Below the pieces are notes generated by a model. The model was not told the DNA's origin. It did no database searches and worked only from the letters and a program-made list of their open reading frames with translations. Both the position numbers and the translations under genes were made by a program. A stretch of DNA of 64,000 nt from Camelus dromedarius (taxonomy: Eukaryota), in the NCBI RefSeq assembly GCF_036321535.1, contig NC_087437.1, forward strand, positions 82,338,001-82,402,000, read 5' to 3'. The stretch's first letter is position 1; every line of letters starts with the position of its first letter. Below are positions 48,511 through 61,760 of the stretch, piece after piece.

Positions 48511-48918
48511 AAAAAAAAAAAGGCTAACATTTTTATTTATGGAATATCTACTACGTTACCTACAATTAGAAAAAATATTGTGTAGTCTCAAGTTTATGCA
48601 TTTATGCTGGCATATAAAAATGATATAGGTTGGTGCCATACCAATACCATTTCTATTTTCTGACACTAGAGTCAAGGATTTATTAAAATCTGAACACAAC
48701 TCAGACATGCCCAGGGCTCAGAATAACTTATTCTTCCTATAACAGTTATATTGTGCTATGTGTCAAAATATCAAATGCAATTGCAGTATTGCTAACAATC
48801 CTACCTAAGTACTTAACAAGCTAATTTTTGATAGTCAAAGAGCCAGAAGTGCTATGGTCTTAACTTTTGTTAAGTGAGTTCAATTTGTCCTGTGTTATGA
48901 TGATAAATACCTTTGGGA

Positions 48919-49058
48919 GGGAGGAGGGCGTAGCTTAGTGGTAGAGCACGTGCTTTGCATGCACAAGGTCCTGGGTTCAATCCCCAGTGCCTCTAACAAA
49001 TAAATAAATAAACCAAATTACCTCCCCCATCTCAAAAAACAAACCAAAAAAAAAAAAA
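48919..49058 (+). mobile_element. tRNA-Ala-derived SINE (vic-1-like) with poly(A) and 14-bp TSD
   Basis: GGGAGGAGGGCGTAGCTTAGTGGTAGAGCACGTGCTTTGCATGCACAAGGTCCTGGGTTCAATCCCCAGTGCC plus tail. Flanks are AAATACCTTTGGGA (48905-48918) and AAAAACCTTTGGGA (49059-49072). Confidence 0.93.
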
Positions 49059-50529
49059 AAAAACCTTTGGGAAAAAAGCATGAACTAATGACCATGATCC
49101 AGAATGAATTAGCAAGCTGGAAACGTTTTGGTCATTGTAGCTGTATGCTTAAAAAAAAAACACCTCAGTATTACGTGCACTCTTTTTTGTAACTGTAACA
49201 TTTATGCAGGCTTTATAGGCAATAATATGCTTATGGTATATTTAAATTTAATATAAGTTATAGTGATGGTGTGTTTTGTTTGGGGATGCAATCATAATCT
49301 TGATTAACTATATAACTAAGACTGTAATATGTACTGTATTTTTCCATGAGAAGTGGAAAAGACCAATAAGAAAGGTAGTGCCTTCTAAGTAAATTAACTA
49401 ATGATTGCCCCTAGATTCTGATGTCTCTGGGACACTATATCAGGTTCTGTAGAAGGGTAAATAAAAAGCAAAATTTGAAAAATGCTCATTAGATTGAGTA
49501 AGTTAGAGAGGGAACACTTGAGAGTGAAATTTTAGTTGAGTATAGGCAGGAGTCATAATGCTGTAGGACGATGAGGAAAGAATTAACCTGATTTATTCTT
49601 ATTTCTGTAAGCCCTTTGTTTACAGCATCCTTACCCTGTTCGGGTTAAAGCTTGGTTTCTTCTGGCCGTAGCTGAAATGCAAAATGACTAATTCTTAGAA
49701 TCTGATATTCCAAGGGCTTGGAATCTAGTTTACATAATAGATTTGGAAAAATACTTGGCTAGTCAGTTTAGTCACTCCCCCAACCTGCCCACCCCCACCC
49801 CCCACCAATTGCCCTCTTCTCTTTGCCTATCCCATTTACCCAGGGGGAAAGAAGTTAAAGACTCTAGAATGAGGGGGAAATTTCAGAGGTGAGCTGATTT
49901 TTTTCCGTTGGGGGCATTTGCTGGATCCTGAGAATTTTTCCCTTTGGGAAATTTGATTCATGGCATGGCCTACAGATTGGGCTTGATTTGCACTTTCAGG
50001 AAAAAAAAAAAACAACTAGCAAAGTGATGTTGTGTTGTTTTAGCAGTTGTAGGAGGCAAGAGAGACAAATTGGAAACTTGAGAGGCTTCTTCAAATGCAT
50101 GGCTAATTTACCTCTTATGACATTGGCTCAATTCTAGAGGTCTACAGCAGCATCAGAAATAGCAGAGGAAATCTAAAAGCTTCAGAAACTCAGAGTGAAT
50201 TCTAAGACATACCAGGGAGAGTGGGCCTGCTTTTAGGTCACTTCATTACTTTCTCAGTCAAGACATTTACTAGATGACTAAGATGCCTAGATGGGAGGCT
50301 GAAGAGCTGAGCTGGAAATTTATGGATGACAGGGCTGGAAATCCTAAAGAATCTCAGAATCGAGACCAATTTGGCTTGTTATCAGTAAGCTTTATATGGC
50401 CACTTCCAGGGAAGTGGTCTGAAACATACGTAAGCTGATTCTTATTCTGCAATCCAGCTCTTGCCTAAATTAATTATTGATGAGATAGAATAATCAGCCT
50501 CTTACCTAAGCTGTGTAACAGAGGAAAGT

Positions 50530-53500
50530 GGTGACCCTTTTTAGTGAAAGATAACATCATTCAGATCCTCTTCATTTCTTTTACACTCAGTATCTGACAC
50601 ACAATAAAACATTACTATATACGTACAAAAAGACATGAAAATATGATTGATGATCAAGAAGAAAAAGATGGAATCTAGTAGGAGACCAATAGATGATCTA
50701 GATATTGGAGTTACCAACCAAGGTCTGAAATAACTGTTATTAATAGATTTGATAAATTAGAGAAGAAGATGGAAAGAATAGATGAAAGTATGGATAATTT
50801 CTTCAGTAAATTATACTCTTTAAAAAAAGAAAAGTAATATATGGACAACCTAGAACAAAAAGATATATAAAGTTAAGAACTCAATGGGTGTATTTAAGAT
50901 TAGAGAGAGAAGTTTATAGGACATGTGAATTGAAAGATAAGTCATTAAAAATATACAAAATTAAGAATATAGAAAAACATTGGCAAAAAAGTGAATAAAG
51001 ATATGTAGAATTATCTAAGGCCTCATGTACATATAATAGAAGTCATAGAAGGAAAAAGAGAGAAAATCATGGAAACCAATATTTAAGTTTTACAAAACTG
51101 ATAAAAGATGTTGACTGAGAGATTAGGGCAAGTCTAGGAATCCCAAATTGAAGATAAACAAAACCAAACCTAAGTATTTTATAAAATATGAGAATCTAGC
51201 CCAAAGAGAAAAAATGTAAAATAACTGCCTTTTAAAAAATTACTGACTGATATATAACCTCTCAACAGAAATTATTGAAGCTAGAAGATAAACGGGTGAC
51301 ATTTTTAAATATTGAAAATAACTGCCAACTTACGATTTTATAAAGAAATACTGTTTTGTAAATAGAAATACAGTTTTGGTCAAAGCGAAAATAAGAGAAT
51401 TTGTCTCTAGCAAGCCCACTTTTATAAAACTAAGTGGACTTTTTTCAAGTAGAAAAATGATTCCAGATAGAGTGTGGAAATACAGGAGGAATTTATGAAC
51501 TCCAGAGGAGTAAAATATGTGGGCAAATAAACATGACTATTGACTGTATATATAAAACAATACTTATGATGTCATTATATATATCTCAACTGAATTATAA
51601 TGGAAATATGTCAAAAAATTATATTGCTGTAGTTAATGGAGTGCTTAGAAACTGCAATAAAATTTTTAATATATTTCCAGTATAATTCGATCCATAATGG
51701 TATCTGATCTCTAGATTAATTCCACTGTGGTCAGAGTATTTTCTATATAGCTGACCCTTGAACAACATGAGTTCGAACTGTGTGGGTCCACATATATGCA
51801 GATTGTTTTCAATGTTACTGCACAATCCATGTTTGTTTGAATCTGTGGAGGCAGAACTGCAGATTTGGAAAAACAGCTGTAAAATTTTACATGGAGATTT
51901 GACTGTGGGTTGGCATCCCTAACTCCTGCATTGTTCAAGGGTCAGCTGTATAATGGAAAAGAAGAAAGACTGAAAATCAATTTATTTAAACTTACAACTC
52001 AAAACTAGAGAACAAAAAGCAAATAAAAACTAAGAAACACAGAATAAAGAGCACAGAAATTAAGAATAAAAAAGAGGAAAATCAACAAATTAAGTGTTGA
52101 TACTTTGATTAAATCCATAAAGTTGATAAACTTCTGACAAGACTAATGAAGAAAAACAATATTCAGAAAAAATATATAGATCATAATACATCAAATGAAA
52201 TGATATTATGAATATTTTCTCCAGTAAATTTGATGATTTGGATGAGATGGATTAATAATTCAAAAACCCAACAACTTATTTGCATGCTTTTGTAAACTTG
52301 CCATAAGAATAAATAAAAAATGTAAAAAATCAGACATATTAAATTTTTGATTCTTAGTTAGAACAGTCTCATAATCAAATTATTAGGCCAAGATACTTTC
52401 ACTGGTGAATTCTTCCAAACATTTAAGAAAGACATAACGGTGTTGTACAAATTCTTCCAGAGAACAGAAGAGGGAACACTTCCTAACCAAAGAGGTACCA
52501 TAACAAAGATTATAAAATTGAGAAATACATAATAATACAGAAAAATTATAAACCAAATTTTTTCATTAACATTGCAAAATGAATAAAACATATTAACAAA
52601 GTTTTACAAATATTACTATATACTAGAAGCAAATGAAAAATTAAATCATTTATAACATCAAAAACCATGCACCTAGCAACTAATGTAATGAAAAATGTGC
52701 ATACTTCTACAAACTACAAAACATTATAGAGAGAAATTACAGGGAATCTAAACAAATGGAGAATAGTCCATGTTCATGGATGGAAGACTCAATATTGTTA
52801 AGATATTCTGCCCTAATGTGTCTACAGATTTAGTGTAATCCTAATTAAAAATATCAGCATGCTTCTTGTTAAATGAAAACTGGAAATGCAGAGGGCCAAG
52901 GGTATACAAAGCATTCTTAAAGAAGAACTCACATGAAGGGCTAACTTCACTAGATATCAAAATTTACTATGATACATAGTAACTAAAATAGTGTGGCTTT
53001 GGAAATAGGATAGACAAACTGACTTAAACTTAAGTTATGATTTAAAAAATATGAAAAAAGTAGAGTAAAGAAACAATACTCTTTCGAACAAATGATGCTG
53101 AGTCAACTGGATATCCATGAAAAAATATGTGCTTGAACTTTATCTCATATTCTACAGAAAATAATCAAATGCAGATGAATTATATACCTAAGTGTAAAAG
53201 ATAGTAAAGCTTTTAGAGGAAAACTCAAGTGATGATCATTATGATCTTGGAGGAGGCAGAGACTTTTAAACAGGGCATAGTAAAGAACTATTTATGAAAC
53301 AAAAGTCATAACTATTCAGTTCATATCAAAATTAAGAACCTCCGTAAGAATCTCAAAGTTCTTGGCATCCACAATGAAAAAGAACTCCTCCCAATGAATA
53401 AGAAAAAGGCATCTAAATCAGTAGAAAATAAACAGGTTTGAGCAGAATGCTTAAAATAAAAGATATTCAAATAGCCATTACATTTACAAAGAGGATCAAC

Positions 53501-53878
53501 TTCATTCATTATCAGGGAGGTGCAAACTAGAAACCCCCGTGTGACAATACTGTGTGTCTACTAGAATGTGTAACAGGAGGATGGAGAATACTGAGGCTAG
53601 TGAGGATGGGAAGCAGCAGGAATCATTATGAGGCACTACTTCTGGGAGTTCAAATTCATACACGCACATTGGAAAACAGCTTCACAAGGTATCCTAGACC
53701 ATATCCCACCTACAACTATACCGACAGAAACGTGCACACAGCTTCAACAAAAGCCATGTATTAGATGATGTTAGTAACTCTATTCATGATAGTCAAAAAC
53801 TGAAAACTCTGAGTGCCTGCCAAGAGTAAAATGGATTAATAAATTGTGGTATTATCACAAAATAAAATACCATAAAGC
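50530..53878 (+). mobile_element. Old, internally deleted L1 (ORF1 and ORF2 remnants)
   Basis: Ordered remnants of ORF1 (AAGAACTCAATGGGTG; CAACAGAAATTATTGAAGCTAGAAGA) then ORF2 (TTCACTGGTGAATTCTTCCAAACATTTAAG; CCATGTTCATGGATGGAAGACTCAATATTGTTAAGAT; TCAGGGAGGTGCAAACT). Confidence 0.85.
51748..51948. mobile_element. Tigger2-derived MITE (TcMar-Tigger; Tigger2a-like)
   Basis: Terminal inverted repeats TAGCTGACCCTTGAACAA and TTGTTCAAGGGTCAGCTG, flanked by TA on both sides (51746-51747, 51949-51950). Confidence 0.9.
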
Positions 53879-54174
53879 ACCATACTACTGACAAGTCTTC
53901 ACCCCTGAACTCTCTTCAGAAACATGTCCTTGCTTCCAGAGTGTGTCTAATTACTATTGGAACATGCATTTCAGAAAGAAATGAGAGGCCCAATCTGGGT
54001 AACTATCTGGTGCAGGGTTTGGCCTGTGAGAGACGATGTTCCTGTCATTTGCCAATTCAGTACCAGTATCTGAGCAGAGTTTGGCTTCATGTCAGCTGGG
54101 GACACAGGTGGTACATCCCTTAAGTCACAGAGGCCAAAAAGTAATCAGTCCCTCCGGACACTTGAATAGTGTTT
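53879..54174 (+). repeat. Local direct duplication, copy 1
   Basis: Collinear with 54553-54891, e.g. GCATTTCAGAAAGAAATGAGAGGCCCA vs GCATTTCAGAAAGAAACGAGAGGCCCA; GGGTTTGGCCTGTGAGAG and TCAGCTGGGGACA occur in both. Confidence 0.9.
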
Positions 54175-54552
54175 ACTCAATGGTTTTATTCAATGAGATA
54201 GAGTTAAAGTATGTTTAGATCCTGAACTCTCTTTTTTATTTTATTTTTTGGATGGGGAGATAAGGCTGGAAAGCATACCAACAGATGTTGGAAGAGAGCA
54301 ATCTGGTATGAGGAGTCTTGCATTAAAAATCTGTCCCTAAGGCTGAATTGCTATTTTGGTATGCTTTAATGTGGCCTCTAACATGCAGCAAGCAAAAACA
54401 AACAAAAATAAGGGAGGGTTATTTCCCTTCTATGACAATGAATTAGACACAAAACCTTGATCATTAACTTCATCTGCAGTCAAACCAAATTTTGTAGTGT
54501 CTTTTTAAGAGCCAGGCAGTTTACCATCAAATATTTGTTTTTTATCCACATT

Positions 54553-54891
54553 ACCATACGACTGACAAATCTTCACCTCAGAACTCATCATTTGGAAATG
54601 TACTTGTTTCCAGAATGTGTCTAACACTGTTGGAACACGCATTTCAGAAAGAAACGAGAGGCCCAGTCTCGGTAACTTCATGGAAGGCTCAGTACACCTC
54701 TCTGGTGTGGGGTTTGGCCTGTGAGAGGTGATACTCTTGTCATTTGGCAGTTTCAGCCTTCATTCTTCCCACATGGTTAACTGGTATCTGAAGAGTTTGG
54801 CCTCACATCAGCTGGGGACATGGGTGGTGCGTCCCTTTAGTCACAGAGTGCCCAAAATTTATCTATCCCTCCAGCCACTTTAATGATGTTT
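54553..54891 (+). repeat. Local direct duplication, copy 2
   Basis: See copy 1; this copy has two extra blocks of ~20-25 nt. Confidence 0.9.
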
Positions 54892-57369
54892 TAACACTAA
54901 AACAAATACTTTTAACAAAAACATTAATCATATTGTCTCTTTTATATTTTTTAAGCGTTATCTTTCATAGTCCCTGGCCTAGAATGGAAATGTCGCTACC
55001 AGGCATCAGCAATCACAGACTTGGCTGTTTTAGCAAAGTTGGGAGAAAACAGTGCTGGTGGCCAAGTGAGCTGCCCGAGTTACTAAGAGTTGGAGTGAGT
55101 CCTGATACAGTCAAGGTTAGGTTCCTGCTACTTACCACTGTGTCTGGCACCCTGGCTTGTTGTGGCTGCACCGGGGGCCTCTGGGACTCAGGAATCTGAC
55201 ACTGTAATGGGAGAGGGGAAATCCAGGTCCTCCCAGAAAGGAGATGTCTCAGAGTAACCTCACGTGGCCTACATGTGCCTGGCGCTTGTGCCAGTTTGCA
55301 CTCAGCTGGAGTACCAGTTAATCCTTCCCATGTCTGTATGGAGTTCCTTGGCCTCCAATAGGGAAGGCTCAATCAGGACATTGGGGCTATTTATCATGGT
55401 TTCAGAGCAGGCTCAGCTGTCTTCACTTCCCACTTATTATATAACTCTCACAGACGTAAGCAGATTGCGTCTCCAAATAGCATTGGAGGGGTGAGGGAGA
55501 CACAGAGGAGGAGAATCCGTGCTCTTCCTGGGTGGATTTCTATTGGCTGAGAATCACAGCAGGTCAGAGAATTTTAAAGAAGGAAAGGTCATGAATATAA
55601 AAATCAGCTAAGTCTTTTAATTTATATGTGTAGAAACAAAGGTTCAAATAAGTTAAGTGACTTATCCAACGTCCTAGAGATGGTTAGCAATGTCAGGCTT
55701 AAGATTTTTTTCAAAGGTTGAGATTTCTGTTTTTCTCTCGCTCTCTGCCTATCTGTAATTACAGCATACACCTACCTTTGGGTTTCAGTTAAGAAAATAA
55801 TATTATTCTCAAAATCCCCATAATGTACTCATACGACTAAAATTATGTAATATTGAATAACTTTTTTTCCCCACACTTATTTGTTAGATCTAAGGATTGT
55901 TTCCTCTTGGCTACAGCTAATCCATCATTCTTGAATTTCCCCACCTTAAAAATTAAGGAATTTTCTTCTCCTTTCTTCTGTTTGCCTGGCAGTGTCCTCA
56001 ATCGAAAACAAACAAGCTGTTAATCGGTGAAAAAAAGGAGAGAGAAAAATCTTCAAAAATTGTGCTTAGCCCCATCTGGCCTTAGAAAAACATGGGAATT
56101 GGTGATCAAGTAAATTCAGCAGGATGGCTGCCTTTCAAGGGAAACAATATCTGGATATTTCTATGTCTAGACCACAGAGGAAAAATGTTTCCTTGGTAAT
56201 TAACCCATTGAAAGCAGAACAGGCCCATGTGGCTCTGAGAAACAAAGATAGAGAAGCTTTACAGAGATGCAGTCACTGAAGATTCAGCCTATACTTGGCA
56301 TTGTTGGTGATAACATTTATCAAAGCTTGTTCACTAGTCTTTATTTGAGCGTTGTATATCCAGAGTCTATGTAGGGTGAAGAATCAATAGGGGATGCTGG
56401 GAAGTTCTTTCTTTTCTTAACCAGCCAACTTTTTTTCATTCTGCTGTTCCCATTTCATTCTCCATTTGCATGACACTGGTCAGGATCTCGTGAGAAACCT
56501 CCTTCCTCCTGGAGTATGAGCCTTAAGGACATTTTCACTGAGAATTAAAAGGTGAGAAGATCACTTAGACAAGTGATTTGTCTGGGCCCTGGAGGGGAAA
56601 TTTATGTGAACTGATAGGATTATGAATCACGATTCATTTCATAATTTCAGTCTTTGAGTTCTGCTTCATCATTAGCAGAAGCTGGCTGTGAGTTGATGTG
56701 TACCATTGACCTAGATAATTTATTCTTAAAAAATATTTTGCAGGCACAGGCTACAGAATAGACTAGATTGCAGTGAAATATTTTGAACTTTTAACGTGCA
56801 TATTACACATTAACATTCATAGAAAAGCAAAAGGTTCCTTTTACATTCGTTTCCTAAGTATGATCTTGGCATATTCTTTCCATAAGCATTTGTTAAATGC
56901 TGATGCATGCTTACAGGGGAGTTTAAGTTCATGTGGATCTGAAGAGATTAACACATAACATCTACTTCTGAAATGTAGTCTATATGTAGAAATAAAATAT
57001 ATACACCCAGATGTACACATTATAATATCATATAAATGATAAATCAGTGCTGAGAAATACACAATAGAAGCATGACTAACATGTGTTGAAGATAGTTGGA
57101 AAAGGATTTTTTACCAACCTCAGTTAATTGACAAAATGATGATACAAGGAATGTTGAAAGAAAGAAAAATAAAATAACTCAAACTAATCTCCTAGTTTAA
57201 TTTTTTTTTTACATGCCCTTCTAAGCCTTTCCCATATTCAGGTATAATTTTAGAAATCCTCAATGGAGCACACGTCCATTCCTGATGCAGCTTTTGCCTT
57301 CCTTTCCGGCCTCTTCTATACCTTGTGCCTTCTTTCCTGCCCCTCTCTCGTGAAGGGCCCTCCTTTCTC

Positions 57370-59200
57370 TACCATGTAGCTCTTTACTGTGGGACCTTCT
57401 GCTTTTGCCTGGAATCCTCTTTTTCTACACCAGCCCCTATCCCCCCTCCTTTTACCTCTCAGACTCTTGCTCACACATTTAAGCTTGGGCATTACATCTT
57501 CCAAGAATTCTTCCCGAAATTCACACTCTTCCTCCTCTCTCCTGATTCTTTGTCTTTCCTTAATCTCACTTCCACAGATTGTATTAAATGCTCCTCCTTG
57601 GTAAACTTTTATAAACCCTTGACAATTTTAATCAGTGTGTTGGCCATATTTAGATTTCAGTGATTGATTTCTATGACCCTCCAACTAAAATTTGAGCACT
57701 TTGAGAGGAGAATCATCTTATTAATGCTATATTCCTTATTAACCATGTCAGTGTCTGCACATAGAAAGGGTTCCATATAGTTTGTTGAATGAACCAAGAA
57801 AAGGACCTCATTCAAATGCTGAATGAAAAATACAGAAACTCTGCCCTCAAGGAGTTTATAATCTAGTAGAGAAGATAAACAATGTACAAACATGATTGCA
57901 GGTTGTGTTAATACAATGAAGGAAACAAAATGAGATTTAAGATAGAGAATAGAACAGATTTGCCTTAGTTGAGAGATTATAAGTATTAGGTTGGAATGGA
58001 ATCCACTGTGGATGGTTCTAGTAGAAAAAGAATTTATCAACATATAAAAAAGTCTCACTGAGTTTTTGGGAAAATTAGGAAGCTAGAACAATATCCATCC
58101 ACGATAAAGGGGGCTGCTGCAGCAAGAGCAGCTAGCCACCATCCCTTGGCTCCCAAACTGCAGCTTTAACAAACCTCCAGTCCTCCAATAATGCTCAGGA
58201 TGGGCTGTCAGAATATCCACAATTACTTCTCTGAAGAGCTTGTCATCTCTGTCACCTGCTTTTGGAAAGGCAAGTCATGGTGAGACTGGTTTCTCACGTT
58301 GGTCCCTTCTCAGTGGAAGGCTAACTCTGGTGCAAGTGACTGGCAGATTCTGGCCAGATCTGCATTCTAGCTGCTGCAACAGCTGGGAAGTTGAATTTTG
58401 ATATCTGCCTTGGAGAGGCAGAATTTATAATTTAGGAATCACCTACCTTTTGAGAATTTCTATTAATATAAAAGAATATTGAAGAGATATTAAGCAGTCA
58501 CACATGTATATATTGTCACTGCTGGTCAATAAAGAGCTCTCTGAGAAGGTAAGATTAAGGTTGATAACCTGAAGATAACAACTCGCCAGGCAAAAAACCA
58601 GAGGTTAGAAGAAAATGGAAAATGTTTTATTTATGGCAGGGAAATAAAATTTTAGCAGCTTCTAGAAACGGCAAGAATTCTGTATGGCTAACTAGTTATG
58701 AGTAATGGAGAGGGGGGCCCATGATGAGATTGAAGAGGATACCAGTCACTCAAAGCCTAGTGGAAGATGGGAAGAAGTTAGTATTCAATTCCAAATTCAA
58801 TACGAATCCCTTAAAGGTTTGAAGTCGGGGTTAGGTGATCCAGTTTATACTTCACAAAGTTTATGTTGACTTGTATGTGGAGAATATGTTGAAAAAAGGC
58901 AAGAGAGGGAACAGGAAGACTAGCAAGGAGTCTAGGGATTCTCCAGGTGAGAGATGATTGTGACTTAGACTGGGTTGATGGCAGTGGTTAAAGAAAGACA
59001 AGTGGGGAGAATTTGAGACAGTCTGGAGGTTAAAATGTGTACATTTAATAGTAATATATGTTGTGGGTGGTTGGTAATAAAGAAGATATTAGGAAGGACT
59101 CCTAGGTTTCTAATTTTAGAATTGCTGGATGGAGTCCTGAAATGGGGAAGAGTGGAAAAGGATCACATTTGGGGGAGGGGGTTGTTGGTTGAATTTTAAG
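57370..59200. mobile_element. Cluster of L2 relics in both orientations, with a probable old MLT1 LTR at ~57960-58500
   Basis: L2-like motifs CTTTTGCCTGGAATCCTCTTT, CTCTGCCCTCAAGGAGTTTATAATCTAGT and TCCAGGTGAGAGATGATTGTGACTTAGACT. Confidence 0.6.
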
Positions 59201-59217
59201 AGTTTGGTTTGGAACAT

Positions 59218-60080
59218 TGTGGTGGATACTGAAATTGACCACATGGATCCCCCTTCAGTGAAGGATTTGTTGCCCTAGCTGTGAGAGCACTGATAGAAGA
59301 CAGTCTTCATCTGTCAGTCCCTTTATGGATCTTTTCAGAAAGCCGTATCACACAATGTCACACTGCTTCTGGTATGGGGGAGTGTGTACATCCAATGACA
59401 AATAAAAGGCTGACCATCTTGTTCCAATAGGAGACAGACCTTTAAGAGGCATCTAGTTCTACAGCTTGTCATAGGTTTAACTAACAGTGTTGTTGGCCCT
59501 GCTTCTCCCTCTTTTCTTACCTGCTTTCTACAAGTATTGATTCCAAAGGCATCTGTTGAGCATCCTGCAGGTGAAACACTGTCTTAGAATCTGACAATGA
59601 TGATTCCATCACTGGTAGCATGTAGAGCACAGAGGACCCTGGCATGACCATCTAGTTGTTGAAAGTTTTACTGATGGTGCATTGGGAAGGTATAACAGGG
59701 TAAGGAAATCCATTAGCTGGGCTCGTGTATCAGGCATTTGAGAAACATTTGGGAAATGGAAACTAAAACAACGTTAAGAATTGGGTGGCTATTGTTAAGT
59801 TCAGTTGACGCTCTGAGTGCAGAAAACAAACTAAGCATTTTAGAGGGATTCCTTGGAGTCATAAAAAGAAGTTCTAACCTCTTATGAGGGGAAAGTGGAG
59901 AACACAGAACCTAGCTGAGGGCTTAATTGGCTGAACCCCCCAAAAAGGAATGCTAAACTCCCAATCAAATCAGTTCTGCTCCACCTATCAGTGCCCTGGT
60001 GAGGAAAGAGTAAGTGTGGATACATTGGATGAGTACATCTGGGTTTATGATACAAAGATATAAATTTGTGACTCGAGCGT
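59218..60080 (+). mobile_element. LTR16-like ERVL LTR (~59218-59595) followed by internal gag remnant (ERV3-16A3-like)
   Basis: GGATCCCCCTTCAGTGAAGGATTTGTTGCCCTAGCTG...CTGTCAGTCC resembles LTR16. Downstream DNA encodes VYQAFEKHLG and IGWLLLSSVDALSAENKL, similar to ERV-L Gag. Confidence 0.65.
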
Positions 60081-60339
60081 ATAGGTAACATTTAAAATCA
60101 TGGAAATGAGTATTGTCACCATAGTGAGAGACCATAAATATAGAAGAAATGAGTTCAGGACTGATTTCTAAAGTCTTAAAGTTTAATTGCAAAGGTTTGA
60201 TACTGAAAGGATCTTGCAAAGGAGATTGAAAAAAAGTACCATGAGATCAAAGGAAAACTGTATGTGTATCATGGAAACCAAGAGAAAAGAGAGTTTGAAA
60301 AATATATAAAAAGAAAGTGAGGAAGTGTATGTAATACTG

Positions 60340-60605
60340 CTAAAAGATAAATGATCTTCAAATACAGTTAACTAGGTGAAAGAAGTCAAAGGGCTATATA
60401 TTGTTTGCTTTCATTACATGACATTCTTGCAAAGACAAAACTACAGAAGTTAAAAAAACAGTTTAGTGATTACTAGGGGTTGAATGTGAGACTGAGTTTA
60501 CTACAGAGTGGTACAGGGAATTTGAGAGGGGTGATAGAATTATTCTGTATCTTAGCAGCTGTTGGTGTGTTTCTCAGGACTTGAAAAACTGCTATAACTG
60601 TACAT
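60340..60605 (+). mobile_element. Old L1 (L1MC/MD-like) 3'UTR fragment
   Basis: AGGTGAAAGAAGTCAA...ACATGACATTCTTGCAAAGACAAAACTACAG...TATTCTGTATCTT. Confidence 0.7.
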
Positions 60606-60629
60606 ACTGTCTGTGTGTATCAGTAATTC

Positions 60630-61760
60630 GATGTATTTTAGTGCTGTGTTGTTGTCTATTGTGTGGGTATATCACTTTTTTTAACCCATTCCCCAGTTGA
60701 GGAATATTTGGGTTATTTCACATTGTTACTGATTGTAAATAAAATTATTAGTGTATACTTTCTAGGGTTAACATAAGGAGGTTGTCATATGATAATTGTA
60801 CTTAACTTTATAATAAACTCCCAAACCATTTTTCATCCTGAACTATTTTGCATTCCCACTAATAAGATGAGATTTCCAGGTGCGTTAAATCCTTGTTATC
60901 ACTTTACATTGTCAAATAATTTTAACTATTGTAAGAAACATGTAGCATTATCTCATTGTAGTTTGCATTTCAAAAATGACTGTGGGTGTAGTTTTCATGT
61001 GGTTATTTGCTATATAAATTTGCTTTCATTGGTTGTGTCTATTTTGTCCATTTTTTATTGGATTGTTTCTTAACAGTGAATTTGAGAGTTCTTTATATAA
61101 TCTAGACCTAAGTCCTTAATCAACTATGTAATTTGCAATATTTTCTTCTGTTCTGTATCTAGCTGTTTCATTGTCTTAACTGTGTCCTTGGAGGAGCAGA
61201 AGTTGTCATTTTGATGCTGTTTACCCTGTGTATAAAATTCTTTGTAAATAGTTTTTGTCTTTTGCATCTTAAAGATGTCTCCATTGTTTTCAGCTTTCAT
61301 AGTTTTTAATGTGAAGTCTGAATTTTGGCTAAAGATCTTCCCTATGGCTTTTTCTCTGACTTCCTTCAGGCTTTTCTGTGTTTGGTTTTGAGCAAAAAAA
61401 TCATGTGGTGTCAATTTCTTTTTAAAAAGCCTCTTTGGTATTTTTGAGCTTTTTGAAATTGTAGTTTGGTGACTGTCAATAATTTTGGAAAATTTTCAGC
61501 ATAACCTCTTTAAATATTTCTTTGTCTATCTCTCTGTCTTCTCTTTCTGACATTTCAGTTATACTTGCTTATACTTTTTGGTTTGTACCACAGCTCTGGG
61601 GTGTTCTGTCCTTTTCTTTTTCCTTGTTTAATTTACTCTGTTCAATTTTTCTGCTTTAGTTTGGGTAATTTTTACTGATTCCTCTTCATGATCATTGATT
61701 CTTTTGTTAGTTGTGTCATGTTAATGGATGAACCTTTTTAAGGCACTCAGAGTTGTGATG
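60630..61760 (-). mobile_element. Old L1 remnants (ORF2 3' part joined to an ORF1 part)
   Basis: TGCATTCCCACTAATAAG...TCTCATTGTAGTTTGCATTTC (ORF2 3' part), then AATTTTGGAAAATTTTCAGCATAACCTCTTTAAATATTTC (ORF1). Confidence 0.75.

Noticed and set aside
48926..48995. Apparent tRNA-Ala(TGC) gene
   Set aside because: It has the SINE leader, A-rich tail, poly(A) and TSD, and two sibling copies lie in the window. It is a SINE, not a tRNA gene.
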